Part shown: in pieces, positions 47,899-58,113 of the stretch | How the letters are laid out: each line of letters opens with the position of its first letter | How positions within the stretch are numbered: the stretch's first letter is position 1 | Source: a virus | Lineage: Duplodnaviria; Caudoviricetes | Virus record (IMG/VR): IMGVR_UViG_3300021508_000029 | Coordinates: 1 to 61,503 of that record | Direction: 5' to 3' (one strand) | Length of the DNA: 61,503 nt | Notes under the pieces: generated by a model | Database searches by the model: none | The model's input: the letters and a program-made list of their open reading frames with translations, nothing else | Told to the model about the DNA's origin: nothing | Made by a program: the position numbers and the translations under genes

Positions 47899-48636
47899 TT
47901 ACGTGTTGGTGGTTTGATTTAAACCAATTATATTGTTTTTTCCCTGTATAAAAAGAACCCCAGGAGGCAAATCTAATCGTCTTTCTTGTCTGCGTAATTC
48001 AGTTTGTAATTGTATCTTAGCTCTATCTAAAATTAAATGCCACTTAGTAAGGGATTCTAAAGATTTTTGTGGATCATATACATCTGCATCCTGAATCCCA
48101 TATAAGTGTACAAGAGCACCAATAATTAAATCATTATGATATTGAATAGCAATCTCAGGATTTTGAATTAAAGTAAGCTCAACTGGTAATCGGTATCGTT
48201 CTAAGGTTATTGTACCAGAAACGTTAGGAAAAGGAACTAATCGAGATGTAAGTGCACCTAAATCAGTACTTAAAAACTTAGGTGTGCCAGTTTGGTTTCT
48301 CCAATTAGAAAATCTTGAACTACTTTCACCTCCATTAAGTGAAAAATAACCATAATCAAGCTCATGCTGTGTGACTACTTTTAATAAAATAGAATCGTAC
48401 AAAGCTGCTTTAACCCAAACAGTGCCTTCAGGCAAAATAATATATGGATCATTTTGAGTAGCAACTACAGAAGTTAATCCATCGAAAATACATAAAGTTT
48501 CTGCAGCAAAATCATTTTGTGCTCTAGATAGAGCTCGTAAACAATCTATATCTGAAACCAAATATGGTGTTACAGTGTCATCAAAAGTTATACGAAGTAA
48601 AGCGAGTAATTCGATTGTAGTCATAATAATGGACAT
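47899..48636 (-). CDS. Head-tail adaptor-like protein
   Basis: DDTVTPYL.SD...AQNDF...GTPKF...PEI..QYH pattern. Confidence 0.65.
   Translation of the reverse strand: MSIIMTTIELLALLRITFDDTVTPYLVSDIDCLRALSRAQNDFAAETLCIFDGLTSVVATQNDPYIILPEGTVWVKAALYDSILLKVVTQHELDYGYFSLNGGESSSRFSNWRNQTGTPKFLSTDLGALTSRLVPFPNVSGTITLERYRLPVELTLIQNPEIAIQYHNDLIIGALVHLYGIQDADVYDPQKSLESLTKWHLILDRAKIQLQTELRRQERRLDLPPGVLFIQGKNNIIGLNQTTNT
47901..47930. repeat. Dispersed palindromic element, copy 6 (TTGATTTAAACCAA at 47914-47927)
   Basis: Shares ACGTGTTGGTGGTTTGATTTAA with copy 8; overlaps the last codons of a CDS. Confidence 0.85.
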
Positions 48637-49268
48637 GCACCTATTGTAGTATCAAGATACCTATTTGCAAAAGAACGACTTAAACTAGGAAGTAAAGTAG
48701 CAACTTGAGTATTCATTAACAATGCTTCTTTAGTTTCCGGCCTAAGCGCACTAGCAGATTTCATCGCTTCCAAAAGAACTATCTCATGAAATTCTTCTAC
48801 CCATATAGGCTCATCATTTAAACTATCAAACTCTGCAGGTATAATCCAATAATCTGCATAGATATTCCATACTTTATCAGGTATAGGCTCAACTTTCCAT
48901 TTAAAAGGGGGAGTATGAATAAGAAATAAAGGTGTTTGAGGCTTAATAACAGCTGTTGATTGTTCAACTACCCAATCTTTATACTCTTTAATACACAAAG
49001 GTAATCGTTGAGTAAAGCCGTCTTCAATCATAAAAATCGAATCTGGATTAACATAACCAACGCCAGCTTTAGTATAATCTTCTTTTCCAATTACAGTCTG
49101 AAAAAACAACCCACGTTTATGAAAAAATCTCCATTGAGTAGACTTACGCTGTATACCCATATACGCGCCTTGAAGTAGGAGGTAAAGTTGGTCAGTTGAA
49201 ATTTGATAAGGCTCAGTTATGTCATTTAAAGAAACACGTAACCGCCTTATCATTTCATTTACTATCAC
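48621..49268 (-). CDS. Head-tail adaptor-like protein
   Basis: WRFF...PIPDKV...DEPIW.EEFHEI pattern. Confidence 0.65.
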   Translation of the reverse strand: MIVNEMIRRLRVSLNDITEPYQISTDQLYLLLQGAYMGIQRKSTQWRFFHKRGLFFQTVIGKEDYTKAGVGYVNPDSIFMIEDGFTQRLPLCIKEYKDWVVEQSTAVIKPQTPLFLIHTPPFKWKVEPIPDKVWNIYADYWIIPAEFDSLNDEPIWVEEFHEIVLLEAMKSASALRPETKEALLMNTQVATLLPSLSRSFANRYLDTTIGACPLL

Positions 49269-49723
49269 AAAAATTGATCCTTAATAGAATCATACCATAC
49301 AGCACCTTTAGGGTTCTTATCCCGCCACTGATGGGGATAACGTAAAATACGACTCATACGATCAACATCTGAAGTTGAACCGTCAGAGTTTTTACGGAAA
49401 GAAAAGTTCCAAGCTTCCTTTTTAGACTTGGCCAGAATTTCCAAAACAAAACGAGGTACAATTTTCCATTGACCACGCATAAGAAAATACGATTTCCCAT
49501 TAACTTTAATATCAACAAGCTGGGTAGTATCATTTGTATTTTGAGATTCGAGAACAAGCACTTCAACTGGCTCGTGCATGAAAGCCAAATCTTTAGCATA
49601 AGCTAGAGACTCTGGTCCTTCAAGAATTTGGACGGCATCTTCAAGCGGTTCAGATTCATGGCGAGAAGTATTAACCGCCTTTTCGGGCTCAACTGTCTTA
49701 CTTTTACCTTGTTGTGTTGGCAT
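49265..49723 (-). CDS. Conserved head-module protein
   Basis: VNGKSY...RGQ...VPRFVLEIL. Confidence 0.7.
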   Translation of the reverse strand: MPTQQGKSKTVEPEKAVNTSRHESEPLEDAVQILEGPESLAYAKDLAFMHEPVEVLVLESQNTNDTTQLVDIKVNGKSYFLMRGQWKIVPRFVLEILAKSKKEAWNFSFRKNSDGSTSDVDRMSRILRYPHQWRDKNPKGAVWYDSIKDQFL

Positions 49724-49777
49724 AGAGGGTTTTCCTTAATTATTTATAATTTAACTTTAGTAGTTATCTCATATAAT

Positions 49778-49832
49778 AAAATACGCCAACTGATATGAGG
49801 TCAGTATTCAGGAGCTACCTTAGACGTATTTA
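49778..49832 (-). ncRNA. Putative three-way-junction structured RNA / terminator
   Basis: Minus strand: AAATACGTC.A/TGGCGTATTT closing stem, AGG-TAGCT-CCT hairpin and ACTGA-CCTCATA-TCAGT hairpin. Confidence 0.45.
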
Positions 49833-49850
49833 TTCTTTAATAGCCTAGGC

Positions 49851-50201
49851 TTAAGCCCACGCCTCCCAAAAAACATCATCATCAGGAGTCTCAAGTCCAG
49901 CAATAGATACATCAACTGCAAAACCCTTTGCATCATCAGTTACTGTAATACCTGTTGCAGCATAAGTCGTAACTCCGGTTGCAATCGTAACAAGACCTTT
50001 AGCATTTGAGCCACCATCTAGATCGGGATTTACAATCTGAAGCGCGCTAATTCGGTCAGTCAGATTGGTTACACGAACATATGTAGGAGCAAAACCTAAA
50101 ACCACCACAAAATCAGCTGCCACGCGAGTTCCGGTTCTTGAACCAGACAAATAACGAACACCCTCTTGAATAGGGTTAATTTTTTTATTTACAAGAGCCA
50201 T
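49851..50201 (-). CDS. Putative capsid decoration/minor head protein
   Basis: Directly after the MCP; LGFAPTYVRV motif. Confidence 0.6.
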   Translation of the reverse strand: MALVNKKINPIQEGVRYLSGSRTGTRVAADFVVVLGFAPTYVRVTNLTDRISALQIVNPDLDGGSNAKGLVTIATGVTTYAATGITVTDDAKGFAVDVSIAGLETPDDDVFWEAWA

Positions 50202-50225
50202 TTTAATTATCCTTAGTTATTTTAT

Positions 50226-50264
50226 ATAATAAAATACGAACAAGCTTAGCACCTATTCGTATTT
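50226..50264 (-). terminator. Terminator after the major capsid gene
   Basis: Minus strand AAATACGAATAG...TTGTTCGTATTT followed by a T-rich tail. Confidence 0.6.
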
Positions 50265-50271
50265 ATTTTTT

Positions 50272-50310
50272 CGTATTGCCGAATTGATTAAACCAAAACG
50301 TACTTACGTT
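50272..50310. repeat. Dispersed palindromic element, copy 7 (TTGATTAAACCAA at 50284-50296)
   Basis: Reverse complement of the copy 2 core; directly after the MCP stop. Confidence 0.8.
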
Positions 50311-50313
50311 TGC

Positions 50314-51390
50314 TTACTCTTCTGTTCCTACATATGCAATAGCCATCCACGCATCATTTAAGATCGCTTGAGCTTGCCACGTTTGAGCAGCTACATAGCC
50401 ACGTTGACCGAGAGGGTCAATTTTAGACTTTTCAGCAGGTGGGAAGTGTCCTGTTTCTACAGAATTCTTACCACGCAAAGCAACCTGACCGAACGCATCG
50501 CCAGCCATTTTACCTCGACCAATAATAACCAAAGGATAAACATCAATATTTGTGGCATCATCCGCTTTAGGTGCGCCTGCAGGAACCCAAGTACCGACGG
50601 CTGCACCCTCACTTGGCTTATAAGTTAGAATAGGATTAACAATAATACGGAAACGGCCAATAGCACCAATTTCATAATCAGGGTCAAGTGGAACAGCACT
50701 TCCATAATCCTGGATTTTAGTAAATCCATCCATATTCTCGAAAGTCTTTTCCATATCGGTATGGCAATATACAGGCCAAGACGCGGCAACAGACTGCATA
50801 CCATAAGCTAAACCAGACTTAAGCATTTTGTTAATTGTAATACCATGAGAACCCAAAATAGATCGAGATATATCTTGAAACATACTTTTAGTAGGTGGGC
50901 CATTAACTGTAGCTACATTAGTACCCGTACCACCAAAGAACTGATTAGTACAAGATTTAAGTTCACCATAGACCATCATCTCACGACACAAGGCAATCCG
51001 AGCCGCTGCTTGATCTTCCATTTCAGCCGGTACACTTTGACCCTCTTCATGTACATATTTTAACTTATCTGTATAGGAATATAAACAAGCAATTTGTTGT
51101 AACACAGCACTTAAGGTTGTCCATGTAATTGAGTCTGGTGTGGGTGTTACACCTTCCTGGATCAAGTGCTTGTTAATAAAAGCGGTATCACCGCCGGCTG
51201 CCATCCATTGATTATCTACCCCACCGTAAGGCAGAAAGCGCATCCACTCAATAAGTTCAGACTTATTTTGTGGCATTTGCTCCATAGTTCCCAATTTTGA
51301 CAACATTTCCTGCGCTTGCGCTTTCGCTAACACACGCCCTTTAAACTTTTCATGACGACCAGCTTGGCTCGTATAAGATTGACCTGACAT
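50314..51390 (-). CDS. Major capsid protein, N4-gp56-like family
   Basis: MPQNKS, EGVTP, EIGAIGRFR, DPLGQRGY; position after the scaffold. Confidence 0.88.
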   Translation of the reverse strand: MSGQSYTSQAGRHEKFKGRVLAKAQAQEMLSKLGTMEQMPQNKSELIEWMRFLPYGGVDNQWMAAGGDTAFINKHLIQEGVTPTPDSITWTTLSAVLQQIACLYSYTDKLKYVHEEGQSVPAEMEDQAAARIALCREMMVYGELKSCTNQFFGGTGTNVATVNGPPTKSMFQDISRSILGSHGITINKMLKSGLAYGMQSVAASWPVYCHTDMEKTFENMDGFTKIQDYGSAVPLDPDYEIGAIGRFRIIVNPILTYKPSEGAAVGTWVPAGAPKADDATNIDVYPLVIIGRGKMAGDAFGQVALRGKNSVETGHFPPAEKSKIDPLGQRGYVAAQTWQAQAILNDAWMAIAYVGTEE

Positions 51391-51396
51391 ACCTAC

Positions 51397-52218
51397 TTAC
51401 CTCTTTAAACTTTCAAATGCTTCATTAAATCCACTAGCTAAAGCTTCATCAAGTGTAGCTTGTTTAGGCTGTGGTGTTTTTCGATGCTGGCTTGTAGGCA
51501 CCTGCCCATTAACAAGTCGATCTGTTTTACCTTGGGACGTATCAGCACGTCCCTTGTTTTTCTTCTGTTCCCAATGTTCAAAAGAACGTAGGGCATTAAT
51601 ATAAGGAGCACCAAAGGAGAGTAAAGATTGTTGAGTCTGGTATCCTTGTTGAGAATACCAACCAATAAAATCTTTATGGCGTTGACCTTCGGGTGTAAAT
51701 TTTCCATCTTGAACAGGTGGAATAATCTCAGCCAATGTTTCAGGAGAGTAAGCGGACATAACAAGTTGCTCACCTGCCCAATCTTTCATTTTTCCATTCG
51801 CATCATCAAAGTAAGGTCGGAGAGTAGTCTCATCCATTGCCGAAACTTTAAACGCATCCTGGAGAAGTGGGACTAGAACATCGGCCAGCTTAGGGTCGTA
51901 AGCCTCTAATCCCTTTGTTAATTTATCTACATCAAAAGATGATTGTGTTGGAGTAGCTTTTTCCATATTAGCTACACGCTGGGTTAGGTCATTAACCCCA
52001 CCATTGAAGCGAGACTCCAAACCATTAAGCTGCCCGGGAAAATCACTTACTTGAGTTAATCGATCATATACATCATCTTCAGATAAGTCACGAAGATAAG
52101 GAGGGATAGATTCTTCGGTAATAGGGTTACCGTCTTCATCTAGTTGAGCTTCGGCAGCCTCTTCAATATCGCCCCCATTTAAAAGCTCATTTATATCGTT
52201 TTCATTTTCTACTGACAT
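51397..52218 (-). CDS. Putative scaffolding protein
   Basis: Acidic N-terminus; ends ASGFNEAF; sits between portal and MCP. Confidence 0.7.
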   Translation of the reverse strand: MSVENENDINELLNGGDIEEAAEAQLDEDGNPITEESIPPYLRDLSEDDVYDRLTQVSDFPGQLNGLESRFNGGVNDLTQRVANMEKATPTQSSFDVDKLTKGLEAYDPKLADVLVPLLQDAFKVSAMDETTLRPYFDDANGKMKDWAGEQLVMSAYSPETLAEIIPPVQDGKFTPEGQRHKDFIGWYSQQGYQTQQSLLSFGAPYINALRSFEHWEQKKNKGRADTSQGKTDRLVNGQVPTSQHRKTPQPKQATLDEALASGFNEAFESLKR

Positions 52219-52481
52219 TTTGTTACCTTTTTAAGTTGGTTAGTTAGATTAAGTAACTCAACTCTGCGACCCCTAAGTAATTCAGTAGTTATTACATCTT
52301 TTCCTGGTGTAGCTGTAAGTGTTGCAATAACTATACCACGTTCTGTAAGCAATTGCAACAGCTTGTTAAGATGAATATACTTACCTATACCGGGGTGGTT
52401 TCCTATACAAAAACTAAGAGCCTCCTCTGTGTAAGGATCTAATTCAGGTAATTGAGTTGAGTCTTGAGTTAAAGGTTTCAT
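52209..52481 (-). CDS. Hypothetical head-module protein
   Basis: TELLRGRRVEL; follows the portal gene. Confidence 0.65.
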   Translation of the reverse strand: MKPLTQDSTQLPELDPYTEEALSFCIGNHPGIGKYIHLNKLLQLLTERGIVIATLTATPGKDVITTELLRGRRVELLNLTNQLKKVTKCQ

Positions 52482-52482
52482 A

Positions 52483-54669
52483 TTATAATCCTAAAGTATC
52501 TAATGCACTATCTACATCTATAGCACTATCTACATCTATAGGAGCTGGTTTAGGAGCCTCTAATTGGGGGGCAGTTTGACCTTGTCCTTCATTTAATATT
52601 TCAGGCGCTTTAACAGTTCCCTCAGGTTGCTTACTAATAAGGCCTTGCATAACTTTAACTTGTGCATTAAGAAGTTCAGCTGCTTTAGCTTGCTCTGAGG
52701 CCATCTTATTAAAGTCGTCTTCAAGTGCAAGTTTAAGTGTGTCTACCTGTTTCTTCAAATCAGCCTTATAAACTTCAGCTTGTGCCTCTATTTGCGCCAC
52801 AACTATACGAGGGTCAGGTTCCTTCTCGGCTTCCTGAAGCTGTTCAAGCTCCTCCTCTGTCATGGCTAAGGCCTCTGCATCAATCTGAAAACCCTCCAAA
52901 TACATATCCATCCACTTTTTAGGCGACAGACCAAAAATAGGTTGAAGTGTTTTATCTCCTATTTGGAGTAGAGCTTGTTGTTGAAGCTCACGCACAATAA
53001 GCGCAGATGACCCGAGTGGTTCAACAACTGCATCCCCCTTAACTTCATTAGGCCCATAAAGCTGTGACCACTCGTAAAAAGCAGTCATCATTGGGTAGCA
53101 AGTTTTATCATCCCACTCCTTGATTACCAAACGTAAGTTAGTAGTTGCGTTACTCATAAGCTGTTGACTAACACCTACAGCGTTAGTAGCAGCTTGACCC
53201 TGAAGAAGAAGGCTTAACCCAGTTGTATCCTCAGCCATCTTGATCCAATATTGGATAACAGGCATTATCTCATTTAGGTAATTAGGAAACTCTAAAAATG
53301 ATAATGCATCTTTAGCTTCTCTAACCGCTTCTTGTCCTGGGAGTGAAGACTTAATTTTCCACCTTTTATATGGTCGCATCTCCCAATTTTCACCTTCAAC
53401 AGGTTCGATAACATCATCAAGCTCAAGAACCTGAGGGCCGACTGAGTATCCCATATTATCCATAAGCGCACGGACAGATGAATCCAAACCTCTTTGGGAT
53501 GTTTCTATTATTTCTGGAACACCAATACCGGCCCATGAATTATCTCTAGGCTCCCAAGTCAAAACCCAGTAAGGAAGTATAGGGGTTTCTAACCAGAAAG
53601 CTTCAGACTTGATAATATGATCATTACATAAAGTAGTTACTTGAAAACCGAAAGACTTAGTTTCATCCTTTATTTTACATTCAAGAGTTCCTGTCCGTAG
53701 CCAAAGCTCAAAAGAATCACTAGATTTATTTGTTCCTTTTTCGTTCTTCTTCTCAGGTGATTTCGGACCTTCATCTATACAAAGGATAATTTGTTCACTA
53801 TCATAAGAAGAGTCTTTTTTATACTCTTTAAGCTGGGTTTTAGTAACTTCAGGCACACGCTCGTAAAAGTAATTACCATTTTGAATATCAGTCCCACACT
53901 CAGCATCTGGATAACAATTTTCCACCTTAATATTTTCGATATGAGGAGTAAACTCAAGCAGAGTGCGAAGAGTGTTTTGAAGGTATATACCCACACTCGG
54001 ATCATCTACAGCTGTAGGAAGTTGGTCAAGAAGGATTTCTATATCTTTAGATAATTTACGTGCTTTAGGAAACGGCCCTTTAATAATACCTGTACCAACT
54101 TTACCGGCTTCTATAATTTGTTTCCGAACCGCATAAGACCAGTTAGATTCCTTAAGCCAATCCTTAATAAGTTTAGTTGCCTTTCCGAGTGCCTCCTTAT
54201 TTACATCTTCAGTTACAGTTAACCGTGCATTAAGCTCCGGAGTAAGCTTAGGTAAGACCTCCATTACTGTAGGGAAATCTTTAAGAATTGATCGAAGTAT
54301 TTCTATATCAGAAACCGGAGTTTGTTTAAACTCAAATGGAAGCTTATTAGTTGGGAGGAGTATGTCAGCTACTCTAGCCGTACCTGCATTTGTATAAGGT
54401 CGAGTTATGTTGACAACTACAGTCGAACCCCTGGAGGATGAGCAAGATGAGTCAGAAGCTGTTAATGCGGAATCGAGTGTCTCACCCTTTTCCATCCCAG
54501 ATAAGGAGCCAGAACTTGTATCACTTATCCCCTGATACTGCTTACGAGCCTTAGACCAAATGGAATCTAAACCTTGCCGTTTACGAGCCTGAATTGATGC
54601 TGTTCGTTCTTTACAGAGCTGAGCTTCAAGTTGCTTAAGTTTTTCTTCTTCTAGATCTAAAATAGTCAT
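52483..54669 (-). CDS. Portal protein
   Basis: Follows TerL; VNITRP, GTGIIKGP, WAGIGVPE, DNMGYS.GPQ, AEDTTG...QGQ; start set at MTILD. Confidence 0.85.
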   Translation of the reverse strand: MTILDLEEEKLKQLEAQLCKERTASIQARKRQGLDSIWSKARKQYQGISDTSSGSLSGMEKGETLDSALTASDSSCSSSRGSTVVVNITRPYTNAGTARVADILLPTNKLPFEFKQTPVSDIEILRSILKDFPTVMEVLPKLTPELNARLTVTEDVNKEALGKATKLIKDWLKESNWSYAVRKQIIEAGKVGTGIIKGPFPKARKLSKDIEILLDQLPTAVDDPSVGIYLQNTLRTLLEFTPHIENIKVENCYPDAECGTDIQNGNYFYERVPEVTKTQLKEYKKDSSYDSEQIILCIDEGPKSPEKKNEKGTNKSSDSFELWLRTGTLECKIKDETKSFGFQVTTLCNDHIIKSEAFWLETPILPYWVLTWEPRDNSWAGIGVPEIIETSQRGLDSSVRALMDNMGYSVGPQVLELDDVIEPVEGENWEMRPYKRWKIKSSLPGQEAVREAKDALSFLEFPNYLNEIMPVIQYWIKMAEDTTGLSLLLQGQAATNAVGVSQQLMSNATTNLRLVIKEWDDKTCYPMMTAFYEWSQLYGPNEVKGDAVVEPLGSSALIVRELQQQALLQIGDKTLQPIFGLSPKKWMDMYLEGFQIDAEALAMTEEELEQLQEAEKEPDPRIVVAQIEAQAEVYKADLKKQVDTLKLALEDDFNKMASEQAKAAELLNAQVKVMQGLISKQPEGTVKAPEILNEGQGQTAPQLEAPKPAPIDVDSAIDVDSALDTLGL

Positions 54670-54767
54670 TATCAATTTAACCTTTAACTTATTCAATACT
54701 TTAAAAAACTATATCCAATATCCAATATATTTAGCACCTGTATGTCCTTGCTCATTATACATACAAA

Positions 54768-56387
54768 TTAATATCCTAATACAACGTCTTTAGGTCGCCA
54801 ACCTGAGTTCTTCTTACCGAACATAAACATAGCAGAAGTTTCAACTGCTCCAATAGGTTTAAACCTAGTCGGCGCAAACGTAAGCATAAAAGCATCCCAC
54901 CGGTCAGGAGACCTTGAGGCCGCTTTCTCCATCCTGGACTTACCAATAGCAAAACGAGATCGATAATCATCCTTACTCTCGATTAAAAGTAGCCCACCCT
55001 TATATGTTGCTTGAATAGCAGTTGCCTGCGCTATAAACTGTTGATCATTCGGTAAAACACATTCAGTATCATTAACATAATCATAAGCTTGAGCATGAAG
55101 GAAAGCACGAAGATTATAATGCTTACCATCTTTAAGCTTTGCGCCTGTGTGGAGAGCAGCCACAATAGAGGCATACGGGCCATATTTGAGCTGATCAGCA
55201 CACGAACCACCCGGCCCATCCCGCTCAATAGATATAAGATCTACTGGTCCGGTAAGAAGAAGCTGGCTTACTCGACGCTCGATAACCGCAGCAAGTTGAA
55301 CTCCATCAAGTTTAGAATACGCCTCAGGTGGAAGATTAATTCTACCCCTTCGAGGCCATAGAATAATTTCATCATTACCTTGCCCGGCTGCATCAACACC
55401 AAGCTTCCACGGAACTGAATCCGGCTGTTCAACCTTACTTACTTTACGCCGGGTAGCTATAGTAATTGCTTCCCCATCCATAAATGTATTAGCGGCTGAG
55501 GCGTTGTAATTACGGTCAACCTGAGAAGCCAGAGTAGTTGGGAGGAGTTCACGCTTCTGCTTTTTATACCAGGGCTCTTCTTCAGGCTCAAGATTTGGAT
55601 TAAGCCGTTTACGCGGATCATCTTTCCAATCAAATATAAATATCTGATTTGTAGGAAGAAAGTGACGAAGCCGATAAAATAAGTTTCCAGGGCCATTAAC
55701 TGTAGATACATATATTCGGCAATCTGTATTTGCACTAAGCGCGCTTTCTGCCATATCCGGGTGTTCAAGGTGGGCAAACTCATCTACGAAGTAAATACCA
55801 GCTCGACCGCCCCGACCAATTTCATCTCCAATCTCACCTTTAATTACCGCCTTGTTTCCGGGGTTAGGAACCACCATGGACTTACGCCCAGCTTTATGAT
55901 TGGGTGGAAGGAAGTCTATAGGAAGATGGTCAATAAATGTTCTTGCTTTCCAGAAAATAGAATCTGGATCAGCGTCCCCATTATCCACAAGTTCCTTTTT
56001 ACGTGAGCCAAAGCCCACAACCGCATGAGGGTAGAATAACCATATACACACACCAACGGCCACACTAAGCCAAGTGAATCCAACCTCACGAGACTTTTCA
56101 GCTAAACCCCGGTTGCCTTCGATATATAAGTTTTGACACCAATCAACATACTCAATCTGTTTAGGGAAAAGAATAAAGGGGGCATATTTTTGGTCAGCCT
56201 TTCTAGGGTCAAAAGTAATTCCCCAATCAGATATAAAAGCTGCCCAATTATTTTTATAATATTCTTTTAATCCTGGAAGTGCCTTTGGGTTTTCACGCAA
56301 GCGACTAAGAGCTTCTGTACGAAAAGTTAAAATTGGCTCGTAATCCGGACTACTCCAATCTATATCATAAATATCAGATTCATCCAT
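54768..56387 (-). CDS. terL: Terminase large subunit
   Basis: EKSREVGFTW (Walker A), FVDEFAH (Walker B), VSTVNG, LGVDAAGQGND and SPDRWDA nuclease motifs. Confidence 0.93.
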   Translation of the reverse strand: MDESDIYDIDWSSPDYEPILTFRTEALSRLRENPKALPGLKEYYKNNWAAFISDWGITFDPRKADQKYAPFILFPKQIEYVDWCQNLYIEGNRGLAEKSREVGFTWLSVAVGVCIWLFYPHAVVGFGSRKKELVDNGDADPDSIFWKARTFIDHLPIDFLPPNHKAGRKSMVVPNPGNKAVIKGEIGDEIGRGGRAGIYFVDEFAHLEHPDMAESALSANTDCRIYVSTVNGPGNLFYRLRHFLPTNQIFIFDWKDDPRKRLNPNLEPEEEPWYKKQKRELLPTTLASQVDRNYNASAANTFMDGEAITIATRRKVSKVEQPDSVPWKLGVDAAGQGNDEIILWPRRGRINLPPEAYSKLDGVQLAAVIERRVSQLLLTGPVDLISIERDGPGGSCADQLKYGPYASIVAALHTGAKLKDGKHYNLRAFLHAQAYDYVNDTECVLPNDQQFIAQATAIQATYKGGLLLIESKDDYRSRFAIGKSRMEKAASRSPDRWDAFMLTFAPTRFKPIGAVETSAMFMFGKKNSGWRPKDVVLGY

Positions 56388-57058
56388 TATATAATCTCAA
56401 CATCATCAATAATACGGAATAGTTGAGATGGTCCAGGCTTAGATCCAGGTGCAGGTCCAGTTAGTAATGAGTCCTCTTTAACATCTATATCTATTACTCC
56501 TTTGATAGTTGAGTTTTGTTTTTTAATAATAGATAAATATATATCTAATGGATCAACATCACCGTCAAAATCCTTACCCGCAGATACAGCGCCAGTTACT
56601 TCTGCATGAAGAAGGATTTCTTTCCTGTCATTAAAGAATTGAACTCCAGGCGAACCTATTGCCTCTTCAGGATCAAAATCTGGAATATTCTTTAGCATAA
56701 ATAAAGGACCAGCAGCATTACCAGTGCCTATCATTTGTTCGTAACCGTGGGATATAGCTGTCATACAGCAAGATATAGTATGACGAAGCTCTGGTACTCG
56801 TTGGCCTAATCGGATTAACGAAGTCGGCCCGGGGAGTCCAACGGCTAAGCAGAAACCTGTAATTGTAGCCCGCATATCTACATCCACACACTCGGAAAAA
56901 TAAAGATTTGCTTTATCTTTAAACTTACTTATAGATTCAATTGGTTTAATAGATGCTGGGCTACGTAGCCACTCTGGGGTTACGTTTGGAACTTCATTAA
57001 CACCCTTAGTTAAACTAGATAGACTAACCGCACCATCAATTAGATTCTTAATTGCCAT
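56387..57058 (-). CDS. Putative terminase small subunit
   Basis: Directly upstream of terL; YF..C...TITGFCLAVG...GPLFMLKN pattern. Confidence 0.7.
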   Translation of the reverse strand: MAIKNLIDGAVSLSSLTKGVNEVPNVTPEWLRSPASIKPIESISKFKDKANLYFSECVDVDMRATITGFCLAVGLPGPTSLIRLGQRVPELRHTISCCMTAISHGYEQMIGTGNAAGPLFMLKNIPDFDPEEAIGSPGVQFFNDRKEILLHAEVTGAVSAGKDFDGDVDPLDIYLSIIKKQNSTIKGVIDIDVKEDSLLTGPAPGSKPGPSQLFRIIDDVEII

Positions 57059-57540
57059 ACCGAGTCCTGTTTAATGTCACGGAAGTTATGGATGATTTTA
57101 TCTTTAGGAGTTTCCGAAGTTAGGTTATGGCAAATAGTACAAGAAGTTATGGATTTATATCCGAGCTTCTTAAGGAGTTTAGTGTATAATTCGCGCTGAT
57201 CAAAGGTGTCTGTATAAGTATATTTAACCTCGATAAGGATAGAAGTTCCATATAAAGAGATAAGTACGAAATCTGGTTGAGCAAAAAATTTATTGTTATA
57301 TTTTATCCATTTATGAGAAGCAAGTTCAAATCCTTCAAGATTTGTAAGGGCAATTAGTTCTTTTTCAACCCTTTTCTCATAACGAATACCTATTGTTTGA
57401 GCAGGTGAATTCTTTTTATCTATTTTAACAAACCCAGGAGTATCTACCCATTGCACGCTTTTGATTAAGTTATCTGGTTTTCTGGGTTTAGTTAAAATAA
57501 TATGATTAGCCGGTTTAAAGGCTTCTGTCATAAAACTCAT
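57040..57540 (-). CDS. PD-(D/E)XK nuclease (possible resolvase)
   Basis: YE...QPDF...IEVK...Q..LY. Confidence 0.7.
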   Translation of the reverse strand: MSFMTEAFKPANHIILTKPRKPDNLIKSVQWVDTPGFVKIDKKNSPAQTIGIRYEKRVEKELIALTNLEGFELASHKWIKYNNKFFAQPDFVLISLYGTSILIEVKYTYTDTFDQRELYTKLLKKLGYKSITSCTICHNLTSETPKDKIIHNFRDIKQDSVWQLRI

Positions 57541-57698
57541 AATTTAACCTTACTCTTATTCTGCATCTCTTTAACAGCCGGGGAAGAATTTAAAATTGGG
57601 TTATCTATCTGTGTAGTTAATTGATTAAGCATATCAGCTAATATGGGAGCCCGGCTAGGTAAAGAACTCGAATTATTAAGTAGTATTTTTGTTTCCAT
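57537..57698 (-). CDS. 53-aa hypothetical, first gene of the late operon (not in ORF track)
   Basis: ATGA overlap with the next gene; weak RBS. Confidence 0.4.
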   Translation of the reverse strand: METKILLNNSSSLPSRAPILADMLNQLTTQIDNPILNSSPAVKEMQNKSKVKL

Positions 57699-57734
57699 AG
57701 TATTCTGGTCTGGTCCGCGGTTTGGGTATATGTC

Positions 57735-57763
57735 AATATAACATAAGATATGGATTATTGCAA
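57735..57763 (-). promoter_or_regulatory. Candidate late-operon promoter
   Basis: Minus strand TTGCAA, 17 bp, TATATT with extended TG. Confidence 0.5.
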
Positions 57764-58059
57764 CACAATAACTTATAAACAGCGCAATCTTATACGGGGC
57801 ATCGGTTTCGGGCAGTTTGAAAAGCTGCTATATAGAGTCAACGTATGTACAAAACCCTTTGTATAAACTTTTTCATTATTTAATTTACATAGTTAGAGTG
57901 GGTCTCGATTATTTGGTATAAATAATTTTGAGCTGATGGACAATAGTACTACCAGCTACGAAATAAAGAACACCCAGGGGTCTTTCATATATATAAAAAG
58001 AGCAAGAAAACGAGGTCAGCTTACCCAGTATGGGGCTTTGAGTACGGATTAAGTGGCAC

Positions 58060-58113
58060 GGGATTTCGTGGGCAAGCTGTGCGGGATTTCGTGCCTTTGT
58101 GTGGGATTTCGTG
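58060..58113. repeat. Three direct repeats of GGGATTTCGTG
   Basis: At 58060, 58083 and 58103. Confidence 0.9.

Noticed and set aside
52506-52541. 18-bp tandem duplication at the portal C-terminus (IDVDSA twice)
   Set aside because: Ordinary slippage in a disordered tail.
24127-56006. Plus-strand ORFs inside the structural module, and minus-strand ORFs inside the replication module
   Set aside because: Antisense shadows of long genes, without RBS or recognisable motifs.
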